Shown here: positions 24,831 through 36,900 of the stretch, in pieces
Position numbering within the stretch: the first letter of the stretch is position 1
Layout: each line of letters begins with the position of its first letter
Assembly: GCF_018350175.1 (NCBI RefSeq)
Contig: NC_058368.1
Location: forward strand, 189,226,001 to 189,290,000
Direction of reading: 5' to 3'
Origin: Felis catus
Lineage: Eukaryota
DNA: 64,000 bases
The notes under the pieces: model-generated
What the model saw: only the letters and a program-made list of their open reading frames with translations
What the model was told of the DNA's origin: nothing
Database searches by the model: none
Translations under genes and position numbers: made by a program

Positions 24831-26389
24831 GCTTTATATGAAACATTTAGCTACATTCTATTCTCATTTATGATACTGTATCTGTGCAGTGACCCTGAGA
24901 TTGGTCTGCCCCTCTACAATTGAGTGCGGGGATGTTCTTAGAAACTTTTCAATGTGCACAGTTGTTTTGAGAAGAAAAATTTTTGATAGAGAAACTTAGA
25001 AGTTTATTTTGGGGAGAAAACATCAGAGTCATCAAACACTGAATGGAAAAGTTTGTAATAAAAGACAAAGGCACCTAAAGTTGCCTCGTCAAGGGAAAAG
25101 GGACATTAAGAGGAGTGCCGGCTGAGACCTTTCTGCTGGAGGCTAATTGGCAGTCTCTCTGGAAGGATGCCAGAAATGTCATCTTGTTTCCGGCCAGGGG
25201 TATTGATTTTAATACTAATGGAGATTTGAACTGGACCTTGAGAAGTTCACAAAAGTTCCTCTCTCTGGTTGGGAAGCCATGGACTTGGCATTCAAGAGAG
25301 TTTAGGATATGCTCAGTAGTCATGGAGCAAGCCCCTGTTCTGCTAGCCTGTCACCATGGTGCTTCTCAACATCTTTTCTCTCTCCACTCTTACACATGGA
25401 AGCATCATCCCGTTATAGAGAAGTACATTTACAGCTGAAATTACCCAAGTGGTCCATTATGTTCATCATGACAGAAAAATAATAATAATAATAATAAAAT
25501 GCTGCTCTTTGTCCCAGCTGCCTGAAGAACAGCTTTCCTGCAAATGGATCCATACTGAGCCATGTATTTTTTCTTCTTCCTCTCCTCTTAAAAATTAAAT
25601 TCATGTAGGAATACCCTTCATGACATGATTGCAGAAAAAAAGAATGGCACTTGGCAGGACAAAAGGTCAGAGCATTCCAGAACACTGAGATTTCCACATA
25701 GCTGCATCTTGAGGTTGCATTTCAAAGCTCCCGCCACATGTGTTCCTTTCTCACAGCTGAGGGTATGGGGGGAGACCAATCACCCCAAGGGAAGGTTTTT
25801 CAGAGATGAATTCACACCAAACAGGAACGGGATCGGAAAAAGGGAAAGGCAGGCTGATTCCACTGACAACAGCTAATTGTAGTGACTGATTCAGCCTTTG
25901 GAAGGTGGAACTGCATGGAGAGTGTGAGCTGCAACATGGTTCCTGTTTTAATTAGTGGCACCACAGGGAGAAGATGGGCTTATAATTGAGTAGTTTGCTG
26001 ATCGGTCAACTTCAACCCGTAATCAGACACGCTGAGAAGTGGACATTAACCGGGAGCTCTGACTAGCAGGAAGTCTACCCCATTAGCATGGCTGGTGTCA
26101 AATCAGGTTGTTTTTAACAACCTTTTTTCTAAATTCTTTCAGATGCCAAACAAAATATTTTCTAGATTCTTCTTCACTCACTCCCCATCTACCTAACCTT
26201 TCTGTTCCAATTTTCCTTAGCAAATCTCTGCTCAGGCATATGGATATATGTCAGTTGATCGACACTTCCACCATTCAACGTTCCCTCCAGGCTACAATGC
26301 TGAACATTAGTCATTGACTCTCTCTTCCAAGCCAACACCTCAACTATCACAATCCTCAATCTCCTCCCTTCCTGAGTGCACTTTAGGAT

Positions 26390-26800
26390 TTGTTTTGAGA
26401 AAGTATCTCTCTCCCACTCTATGGAATCTTGATGAGACTCTAAGTTAAGAGCTACACTTTCCCTTCTTTCCCTCTCATGTCTGTTCCAAGAGAGAGAACT
26501 GGGTTTCTGATTCCAATTAGGCAATTCAGACTCTTTTTCCCAAGATTTTGAATCTCGAGAAAACGACAGAAGAGTAAAGCAGTTGAAGCTAAGAATTCTA
26601 GGGACAAACTATGATCAAACTGCTCATTTTGTTGTTGTTGCTACTTAGAATCCTAAGCTGTTAGGTTCCTGTTTCCTATTTTGATTCTCAAGCCTTTCCC
26701 AAAATCCATGAGCCCTCCACTCTCCTATGATACGTTCCTTTCTGCTTAAATTAAGCAAACTGAGTTTCTGTTGCCTGCAATTGAGTAACCTCAAATGAGA
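26390..26800 (+). mobile_element. Old LTR (MLT1-like) remnant
   Basis: 3' end ttcctttctgcttaaattaagcaaactgagtttctgttgcctgcaa. Confidence 0.5.
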
Positions 26801-29800
26801 GGGTATCCAAAAGAAAGCCTCCTAATAGACAGCTTGGTGTTCATTCTCCACCTTGCTTTCCTGGCTCCCACTAGGAAAAGTTGTAGAAGGAACGTAAATC
26901 ATACTCACAGTATATGAGAGGATAAATAAATACATGAGAAAAAATGAGGCATTATTACTAACAAGTCTGGGTTTAGGGCCTGGCGTGAGTATCCTCATCC
27001 CAGATGTTCTCATGGGATCTACTTGGAAGCTGCGTTCCCATGGGATTCTCACTGAAGTTTGGAACATGAGAGTGATTTGTCTGGCCCCTCTTCCTGCTCA
27101 ATTTTCTGACAGGGGCCCCCACACTCACTCATGCCCTCAAACATTTGGGGTTGACGGCTGATACATACATAAACGTCATACAGCATCTAGTGCAGAAAGG
27201 AGACGTGCTACCTACCTTCTGTTTCCTGGCCATGTTTTGGGCATGGTTTGTATTAGCTTGCCTTAAAGAAGGCGAGTCTTGGCATGCCTTCAGATGGGTG
27301 TGTTGTACATGTGTGTGTACTCGGTTGCCAAGCTACCCCAGGAAAAACACACCCTTGCTGCACTAATCTCCTCCCCACTGTGTCCCTGTTGGGGGGAAAT
27401 ATCCACCTGGCCTTGTGGACACTCAATGTTATTCACCTTTATGGACAAATCAGGCCTCCATCTTCAGTGCTAGTCCAAGGTCTAGAAGTTCTGGCAGCCA
27501 TAATTCCCACCCTATAGATTCCAAACTGTGCACTCAGAATTCTAAGCAATGAGCTGAAGCATTTCCCTAGCTGAGTAGGATTTATGCCTCTCACCGGCTA
27601 GGAACATAAAAGTGCGAAAAATATACATAAAGAGGGAGTTCACCATAGCTAGACAGGGGCCAGGGGAAGGAAATCCACAAAATCAGGTCAGCTTAAACTG
27701 GACCAGCTTGGCCAACGCACTCTCATAACCACATCAATTCAGGGCTTTCACGGGTTTGATTTTCTTTCAGCCCAATCCACTAAGGAGTTGCTTGTGAGTT
27801 CTGTGGATTTTCTGCACAATTACAGATTATTGCCATGGCAACAACAGAAACATGTGACAATTTTGCTACCTCAGAGACCAGGAACAGCCACTTACAGGCA
27901 CCACACATCATCTTGTAATGGGACTCTGTGCCGTTGGCCTCACATTGTTTTAAGGCTAATCACTGCTTTTTCACAGATGTAGTTTTTCCCCCACCCACTC
28001 TATTTTCATGATCTTTTAAAACAGTTTGGATTTGCTCTAAAGCAGTTCCACATTTGCCTGTGTTTATTTGGTCATAAAAAAGGTATTATTTAGGGGGTTG
28101 GCGGAAGGAAAAAGAGGGGTAAAACTTGATGAGTGGAGGCAGATGGGAGGCAATAGGCAGAGGAGAAACGACTTTGCTAGCAGATGGTTTTCTTGCCACT
28201 GTGTCACTGAGTTGAAACCCATGACAGTACTGAGATCCTGGGTCGGCCACATACAAGGCCACCCTGGGAATGAACAAAACTTGCTTTCTTTCACATGAGC
28301 TCAAGTCTCCTGTCCACTTTGCAGGCACAATGAGAAATGGGGCCACTGATAATTAAGTTAGAGATGTGATTGAGAAGGGGGACCAGGTAATATTTTCTTT
28401 CTGGCAAAACAATCAATTTATGTTTCAGAAACTGGTGCACATAGCCAAACCCCAGCCTTTTTCTGCCAAGCATTCCCCCTTTAATTTTTTAACCTCTGGG
28501 CATTTCAAGGAAAATTGAATCCACATGTTTTCAGATTCATTTGCAAATGCAGTTTGCTCAGAGCTGTTTGATGACCAGTATGCCCTTTGAGTGTTTTTAT
28601 GAGCTTAAACTTATTTTCCCCCAAGCCTCTTGCTCCTGAACCAGGAAGTGGCATATGGAGTTTGAAGCAGAAATCAGAAATGATCATTTTCGAAAACAGT
28701 CACCAGGCTCTTGTGTCTCTTTCTGGACCTTGATAAAGCTAAGAAAAGGTTTTCACATAGTGCATAAGAATAATTGAGGGTAACTTAACTGTTTTTACAA
28801 CTGAAAAGCAGATCTGATATGGATGGGATCCAATTCCTCAATCACATGGCTCTCCCGTCTTTCTTTATTACTGATGACATTTGTATGGAAGCAGATGGTT
28901 TCTTTCCCAGGGACATGTCTCCACCTGCAGCATAATTCCCTGATTGGAATAATGCTTCAGAGGCAGAATTGGAAGTTTAGACTCATCATCCCTGCCTTTG
29001 ACCAAACTGCAGAAAACAATGTTTGTTTATTATCTGTGAATCCTGTCTGCTAAGTAGAAGGGTCCCTTTTACTATGGACCCTGGAATTTGGAAATGATAG
29101 GGTGTTCTTTTCTGACTCAGCCATATGACCCAAAGCAAAATTCTGACTTCCAGAAAGGTGGGAGTGTTATACGTGTGTGTTCTAGATATTCTGAAAAAAA
29201 TACTTAGTAAGGGATAAGAGTAGTTGGGAAAAATCTACAGAACAGGGAAAATGTCTCTAAGCCTGGGATTTTTTCTGAGCTATCAAGTTTCCTTTGAGGA
29301 TGTTCGGATGGATTCCACCTACATTCCAGGACACTTTTGTTAATGAGGAATTAGTCTGAGGAGTTCTCTGGATAAATATTTGTGAGCAAATAACATTCTT
29401 CCAGGAAGCTCACTTAATATAGTGTCTATTTTTTCTTCCTTCTTTATTTCCTTTCACCAGACTTATGATCCCAGAGAAAGTTGCATTAAATTCACATGCC
29501 CTATTTTTAACTTTCATCTGGACTTCCTTTTTTTTTTTTTTTTCCCTTTAAGCATGAGAATCTAGCAAATAACAACCCTTTGTATTGCATCCAGTGGAAG
29601 GTCACAAGCTCAGGGAATTTTCTTAAGTTCCCGGGAGAAGTAAGGCCATAAAAAATTCGTGTGCATGGCCTTCATACTGTGCCATTTTGGCTGTCAGTTC
29701 TGCTAAGTATTTTCACTCCCATTCTACAGACAAAAGCGGATACAGCAATTGTTTCAGTTTTTGTAGAGAAACTGCCCGTAAATTCACAGCCTTGCTTCAT

Positions 29801-30229
29801 CCTTGGCCCACCCAAATCAAAAGGCTTTTAAGTGAACAATAGAGAGTGCTGGCCTTGCCGTGGTCAGCCACAGCCTATAGCAGAGAGCATCCGTAGACAG
29901 GACATCAGATGGCTCTTTGTTTTTAAATTATTGCATTCTCCCCCCCCCCCCCCGCCCCCGGCCTCCACCAACATGATCCTTGGAGTTTATTGCAGAATAG
30001 AGAAGGAGAGAAAAAAGTAAGCTCATTGGTAGCTTGTCATCAGTTATAGCAGGAGCTTCAAACTCCAATGTACACAGGGGAGGACACCTGTCCTTTCTCA
30101 ACTCAACTCATGGACAGTGGCTACTCAACTCAAGTTCATTTTTGCTATATTAGATGATAGGCCCAGGGTAGATAGAACTTTTTTGTTCTTTTTTAATGGA
30201 AAGTCATAAATTTATATTTTAGATAAAAA

Positions 30230-30273
30230 TTTTTTATTATTTTATTTTTTAAAATGCTTTTAATGTTTTTTTT

Positions 30274-30309
<36 letters not shown>

Positions 30310-30473
30310 TGTGAGTAGGGGAGAGGAGAGAGAGGGAGACACAGAATCCGAAGCAGGTTCCAGGCTCTGAGCTGTCAGCACAGAGCCGGATGCAGGGCTC
30401 GAACTCATGACCTGTGAGATCATGACCTAAGCCGAAGTTGGACACTTAACCGACCCAGCCATCCAGGTGCCCC
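30230..30473 (-). mobile_element. CanSINE, antisense
   Basis: Poly-T, (GA)n, then ...ccatccaggtgcccc, the reverse complement of the SINEC head. Confidence 0.95.
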
Positions 30474-30529
30474 AAATTTTTTTATTTTAAAATATTAGAA
30501 CTATCTTCAAAACTACAAAAATGTTTGGG

Positions 30530-30658
30530 GGGGGGCACCTGGGTGGCTCAGTGGCTTGAGTGTCTGAGTCTGGATTTTGGCTCAGGTCATGATCCCAGGC
30601 TCCTGAGGTTGAGTCTGGCATCAGTCTCCATGCTGAGCATGGAGCCTGCTGAAGATTT

Positions 30659-30691
<33 letters not shown>

Positions 30692-30792
30692 AACTCCCTC
30701 TGCTCTCTCCCACTTGCTCTCTCCCACTTGTGCTCTCTTTCTCTCTTAAAATAAAATAAAATAAAATAAAATAAAATAAAATAAAATAAATA
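30530..30792 (+). mobile_element. CanSINE (older subfamily) with (TAAAA)n tail
   Basis: ggggcacctgggtggctcagtgg...ggattttggctcaggtcatgatcccagg, (CT)n and (TAAAA)n. Confidence 0.92.
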
Positions 30793-31089
30793 TAGAAATG
30801 TGTAGTGGACTAAAGACACTAGATGTGTGTGAGGGGTCTAGGTACCAAACAAGCTCAAGGGAGCAGCCAAATAGGTTGAAATGCAGTAATTACCATTGAT
30901 TTCCTGGCCATTTTTGAAACTCCTAGTCTCAGTGTCCAACTGTGAGGTAAGATTGTAAGTCAGAGGAAACTGTAGCTGTGTCCAAGATATGGGGAGAAGA
31001 GTGTGAAATGGGTAAGGATAAGGGGCAGGATGTAACCAGCATCCTTTCATGACCTCCATCTTAACTTGGACAATTCATCCCTATATTCA

Positions 31090-31820
31090 GTCAATAATAT
31101 TTACTGAGTACCCTCCATGAATCAACACCATACTGGACATTAGCCATGTGGCAGTGTGCAAGTTAGTCATCACTGCTATCTTCACAGAGCGATGTCTAGG
31201 GATAACATAGACATCAATCAAATAATCATACAAATGAATATAATCTGTCTAATGCAATGCATCTTCCAAAGAAGAGGTGTGGGCTATGATAATATATAAT
31301 TAGAGGATTTGATCTGGTCAGGGTAGTGGAGAAAAGAATAGGTTGACTAATGGCCATAAGTAGGAGTTACCCAGGCCCCAGAGGAGGGAACAAGCTGTCA
31401 AGCAGAAGCAACAGTTCTGTTGCAACTGGCCAACAAAGACCATATGGCAGAAGGGACGGATACAAGATACTGAATGGCTAGTGTGGCTGGAATGCACAAA
31501 ACATGGAGAAGCCTGCAGAAACTGGAAGAATCCAACATTTCAGGGCTTCTTCCATGGTGCTAAGAAGTGGTGACTGATCCTAGATCCAGGCAAATGCAAT
31601 TGAGTGATTTTAAGCAGAGGGCTACAGGATCAGATTTACATGTTGAAAATATTATTCTGCTTGCAGAGTGGAGGGAAAAGTGTAGCCAGGGAGACAAATT
31701 AAGAAGTTGTATTGCTTCAGGAGAGATGACAACAGTTTGGATTAGGGTGGTGAGTGGGATTATAGAGGGAAGTGAATGAATTAGAGAGAGTCATTAAATA
31801 TAAATGAAAGGACTTGGTGG
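31090..31820 (-). mobile_element. L2, antisense fragment
   Basis: aatatttactgagtaccc...ccagtgtggctgga-like motif...gattttaagcagagg...atcagatttacatgttgaaaa. Confidence 0.7.
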
Positions 31821-31824
31821 GGCA

Positions 31825-32162
31825 TGTGATGATTAATTTTATGTGTCGAGTTTGCTAGGCTTAGAACCCAGTGAAATAATCAAGCACTAATCTAGGTGTT
31901 GCTGTGAAGGAATTTTGTAGGTGTGATTGCCATCTACAATCAGTTGACTTTAAGTAAAGAAGATTAGTGTTAGATCGTATGGTTGAGCCTTAAAAGGAAA
32001 ATTGAGATTTCCCAGAGAAGAAAAACATGTGTCCTAAGACTGTACCATCAATTCCTGCCTGAGTATCTAGTCTCCTGACCTGCCTTATAGATTTCAGACT
32101 TGCCAGTCCCATCATCATGTGAGCCAGCTCCTGGTTCTATTTCTCTGGAGAACCTTGATGTG
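31825..32162 (+). mobile_element. MLT2-type solo LTR
   Basis: tgtgatgattaattttatgtgtcgag...ctaggtgttgctgtgaagg...cagttgactttaagtaaag...ttctctggagaacc. Confidence 0.85.
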
Positions 32163-34759
32163 GTGCCTATTAGAGACTCTCTATGCCATTCTTGACATAT
32201 TCTTCTTCCTTCCAGAAAAGGATCTGATGCATTTTATATCAAATCCACCTCTACAAAGAAATGTGACATGCTATTGACACACATTTCTGCAATATGTATA
32301 ATGGTAGGATAAGGACATATTTCTTTAGAAGAAGCCCAGGAGTTTGAGAGAAGAGGGAGAACCAAAATCTTTAAAAGTAAACCTGGAAAGGCTAAAAATG
32401 CTACAAAATATGAAAAAAAAAGTTTTTCTTTGACAAGCATTTTCTTTCATCCCAAAGCTTTCTGGGTCTTTAAGGAGAAGGGTAAACACTGGTAAACGCA
32501 AATGCCATTTCATATGGACAACCACTTGAACCTCCAATTGGCTGAGGCTGGCAATGGCTACAGCTGAGCTGACTTTTCCCAGGTCCTGGACAGAGGGAGT
32601 TCATAGGGCTGGATGAGGCAGAGGTCCTGGGTGAGAAAAACTGACGAAGCTGATACTCAGCACCAAGTAAACCAGTCCTGAGAGTCCAGAGGAAGAGTAA
32701 TAAAGTGGTGGCCTCCAGTTTCCATTACTGTGAGCCCTTTAACCCCTGGAGCCAAACAAAAAAAGTAAATAAAGTCCCAGAATAGAACTGGCTTTAAAAA
32801 TAAAAAAGGAAAAGCTTTCGTTTCTTCTTCTGCCTTCCCTTCCTCCTCCTCCCTTTGCTTCTGTGGCTCAGGTTCTGACCCAGGCCTCTCAGGAGGGAGG
32901 CAAGTTTGCTGCCTGCATGAGCTGGCAATGTTGGCAAAGACTGAATTCTTTGGTGCTCCTGCTAAGCGGCTCTTTCGACATGGTCGCCTGGCGATCGTCT
33001 CGCTTGATCCCTGTATCTTGGTAATAATCTAGCAGGTTGTTAAGGGAGAGGGAAGAGGGAAAAAGGCAGGGATGGGTTCAGTATGAAGCCACTTCCCTCA
33101 GACAGTATCAAGGGAGCGAGGGGCAAGAAACTGGTGCATAAGGCTTGGCCTGTGTTTGCTAGATTTTTTTTTTTTCCTTTTGGATCAATAATATAGACCA
33201 GAGATCAGAGAGGCAGAAGACCTCATCCAGAATCTGAATCCCCCTAAGGTCTATTAAATAGATGGGAAAGCATGCTCAGTCCCTTAATATAGCATGCAGG
33301 ATATGAGGCAAGTCAATTAAACTCAGTGTCTCAGGTTCTCCCTGAATAAAAACAAACAAACAACAACAAAAAAGAATGATAATTTTCATACATTGAGGCC
33401 ATAGGAGGGAATAGAATTATAATGTTGGAAGTGACTTCAGCTAATGGAGGAATCCTCTCTCCCTCCTCACCCTGACCATTGGTCACTGGTGCAGGATGGA
33501 TGGAAGGAACTTAATCCAGAGTTCACCTATTCCACTGTCATACAGTTCTGAGTTTTTCAAACTTATTTTCTCTCTAGAGCCCAAAGTTCTCTTCACTAAG
33601 CTCCACTGAGAGGGTGGAAGAACTCTCGGTGGTACTTAGCTCCAATGTGGTTCATTACAAGAGCTGCCAATATACTAGACATCCTCTGTTATCAAAAATT
33701 CTGCCTTCTAATACAACCTGCCAAGAAATAATCCATCAAGTACAACTATATAGCGAGATATATGTACATATGTATGCCATAAACACACACATAAAGTATC
33801 TCAGGAGCAAAGTGGAAGCATAAAATCAGCTGGCAGAATGGTCCAACTTAAATAGGGCATTAAGTGGTATTAACAGACTAGTTCTAGAAATGATCAGAAA
33901 TTCCCAGTCGGATCAAAGATTGATATCAAAGACTCAGAGATACCTCAAGGCCAGCATCTCTGGAGAGGATTGGAGCTGATTGGAACTGAAGCTCTATCTC
34001 TGCCCTGTGCATTTGAGTGAACACTTTAAATCTCCAAAGATTGAACTATAAAGAGAAATTAGTTTATTAATAATTCACAGACTTCAAGGAAAAAAAATGT
34101 CAAAAGCATATGCTCAGGAACAAAGCTGATTTTGTTTTTACTGTTTAGAATAGAGCTATCTGTGGAGAACTTGAAGTGCCAGGCTCGAAAATTGAATTTG
34201 GTCTTTTTTTTTCCCCCTTGTCTTCATGTTTTTAAAGAAATGTTTCTAATAAAATATATGTGAGCGTTTAGTCTGATTTCCCTCTGCATACTTCAAGTTT
34301 TTCAAATCCTATGAGGTTTGTGGGGAGTGTCAAGCACAGAATACTTTATTCAAGACTTTAATAGTTTGAGATATTTTCATGGCAAAGTTATTAGCCAAGA
34401 ATACCTAATTGGAGTTTATGAATTCAAGGCAAGATACTCAAGAATGGGTGTAAAAGAAAGAAAGGTTAATAAAAATCTGGATTTAAAATGACTCAACAAA
34501 ATCAATTAAATGATCAAGTCATTCTCTGGGAGAAAACCTCTCTTTAATATGAGGAGAGGGGTGTATTTTTCCAGAAGTCTACTAGACTGAGATGTCCTTG
34601 AAGGCAAGAATTCTGCTTCATTTCTCTTGGCATCCCCAGGTTCAGTCGTGAGCCAGCTACTAAACTGCCTCAGTTTCTCCAATATGGCTGACGGTAGGCT
34701 GGCATGAAGAAACACAGATGGGGATGAGAGTAAGGTAATTTTATCTCTTCCTGGATGAG

Positions 34760-35320
34760 TTAGCACTCAAGTATAGAATGGCATTAACCTTCCTCAAAAT
34801 AAAAGCTATGTGCTTACTACTTCCGGCCCCCTCATGTCTCCTCCAAGACACTGTTCCTGCAATTATCCCCTCTCTTTTTTGTGAAATTCCCCCATCCAGT
34901 GGGTCATTGCCAGCAGCTCTGAAACAATCTCTCACCTTAATAACATCCTTGCCCTTAATACTCTTACTCCTTCAACCATTTTTTTTTTGGCTTCCCTATA
35001 AAACAAAACCCATTTTTAAAAATTGTCCTATATCACTATTTTATGTCCTAACATCTCATTCTTTTTTGAACCCATTCTAATCAAGTTCCTGCTTCCACTA
35101 CTCGACTGAAACAAGTTTTCTGTCATTACTGAGATTGTATTATATATTTATGTTTTGATTTGTTAACTGTCTATTTTCCTTATTAAGATATAATCTACAT
35201 GAAAAAGATTTTGGTTTTTCTTATTACTGATCATTATTTTTCATTACTGTATCCCCAGCACAGGCCTGACACATAGTAGGTTCTCAAAAAATATTGATTG
35301 TATAAATGAATGAATTAAAA
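34760..35320 (+). mobile_element. L2 fragments
   Basis: gcctgacacatagtaggttctcaaaaaatattgattgtataaatgaatgaa L2 3' end. Confidence 0.7.
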
Positions 35321-35889
35321 AGAGATCATGTTCTTAATTATGAAACCCATGTACGATTTCAGCTATAGCCTCTGTGATGGATAAACAGTATGTTAATAGA
35401 TAAAATCACTGCCAGACAAATCTCTTTTTGAACAGTGGCTTTTTGAGAAATGTTTGCTGGAGAAATTCTCCTCTCTGGAAGTAGAAATTTAGGCTCAAAA
35501 ATCTCATCATGGAGGACAATATAAGTGTATAGTAGGCAATAAATAAATGTTGAACGGATGTCCTTGCAGTATGACAATAACCTGATATACTGCTATCACA
35601 TTTTTTTGCTAAGTAGTATAATTTGGCACAAAGAGAATGCATCTTGGATCTTAGCTGAGTTGCTTCAAATTTATAGCAAACTGAAGGAACAACCCCAGGC
35701 TTTGTACTTTAGGGAGATAGTGAGGCAGGTGCCTATTCTCAGCATGGAAACACTTCTCAGAATGACCAGATTAGTTGTTACTCTTTTATGATAACATTTC
35801 TCTGAATCCAATTTTAATTTCTTATCTTTTTTGCTTTAGGTCACGGATGGCAAATAAAATGTATCTCATTTGTCAAGTCTGATTGAGTC

Positions 35890-36900
35890 ACTCATCAAAT
35901 ATTTAATTCAACAAATATTTATTGCATTTCTACAAGTAAAAGGCACTGTTCTAGGAGCAGAGAATAAAACAGTGAATAGACAAAAGTCCTGCCCAAATGG
36001 AGTTTACATTCTAGTGGTTGGTGGTTGCTAGATTGGCAATAAAGATTCTGTCATCTATTAGCGATGTCTGCCATCTGTGCAAAGAGGGATGTGGTAGCAC
36101 CAATACCAGTCTGGGATTTGCTGATCTGGTTTCCGATTTTGTTTGTAATGTCCACTTGCTTTTCTAGCTCAAGGCCCGCAACTCTAAAAATGACTTAACC
36201 CTCATGCAGGCTCAGCCATACTACAGGCTGTAAGTCTAAAAGTGACTGCTAATTAGAACAAACTTAAGGACCTATGTCAGTGGCTTTTCATCAGGTCAGT
36301 ATTTATTACTAAGCTGAGTTTGACATTTTACTTGGTCCCAATAACTATTTTGTTGCTTAATTCTTTGTTATTTTTTCATGGCCTTATTCCCCAAAGCTTT
36401 CTTTTTCTCTACCTCTCAGTTCCTATGTTGGTTCCCCTGTTTGTCCACTTATTTATTTATCCACGCAAGGAATATTTACTCAGCAGTTACTATATGGCAG
36501 GTACCATTCTAGGCATCTGGCAGACAGTGTGAAAAGAACAGAAACACTCCCTGCTCTCAAAGAAATTTATATTCTAGAAATAAGCTAGAAATAAACAAAT
36601 TTATGGGATAATTCTAGATAATCCATGTGACTAAAGTAATATTAGGGTAATTTAGGGAGAGTGATTGGGGGAGCATGATCTTAGGAGGTGATATAGAAGA
36701 TGAAACTGAAGGAAGACAATGAGCCAAACACAGGATGGAGGTTCATCTTGTATGGTAAGTCTGAATGTCCTGAGGTAGAAACCAACTGGTGGCCTGTTCC
36801 AAAATCATTAGGGCTGGATAATAATAAATGAGGGGAGGATAGTGAGAGATGGGGTGGATCAGCAGGCAAGAGCTAGATCCAGGAAGTCTCTAGAATATGG
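35890..36900 (-). mobile_element. L2 antisense fragments (35890-36020 and 36440-36900)
   Basis: attcaacaaatatttattgcatttctac...ggcactgttctagg and aatatttactcagcagttactatatggcagg. Confidence 0.65.
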
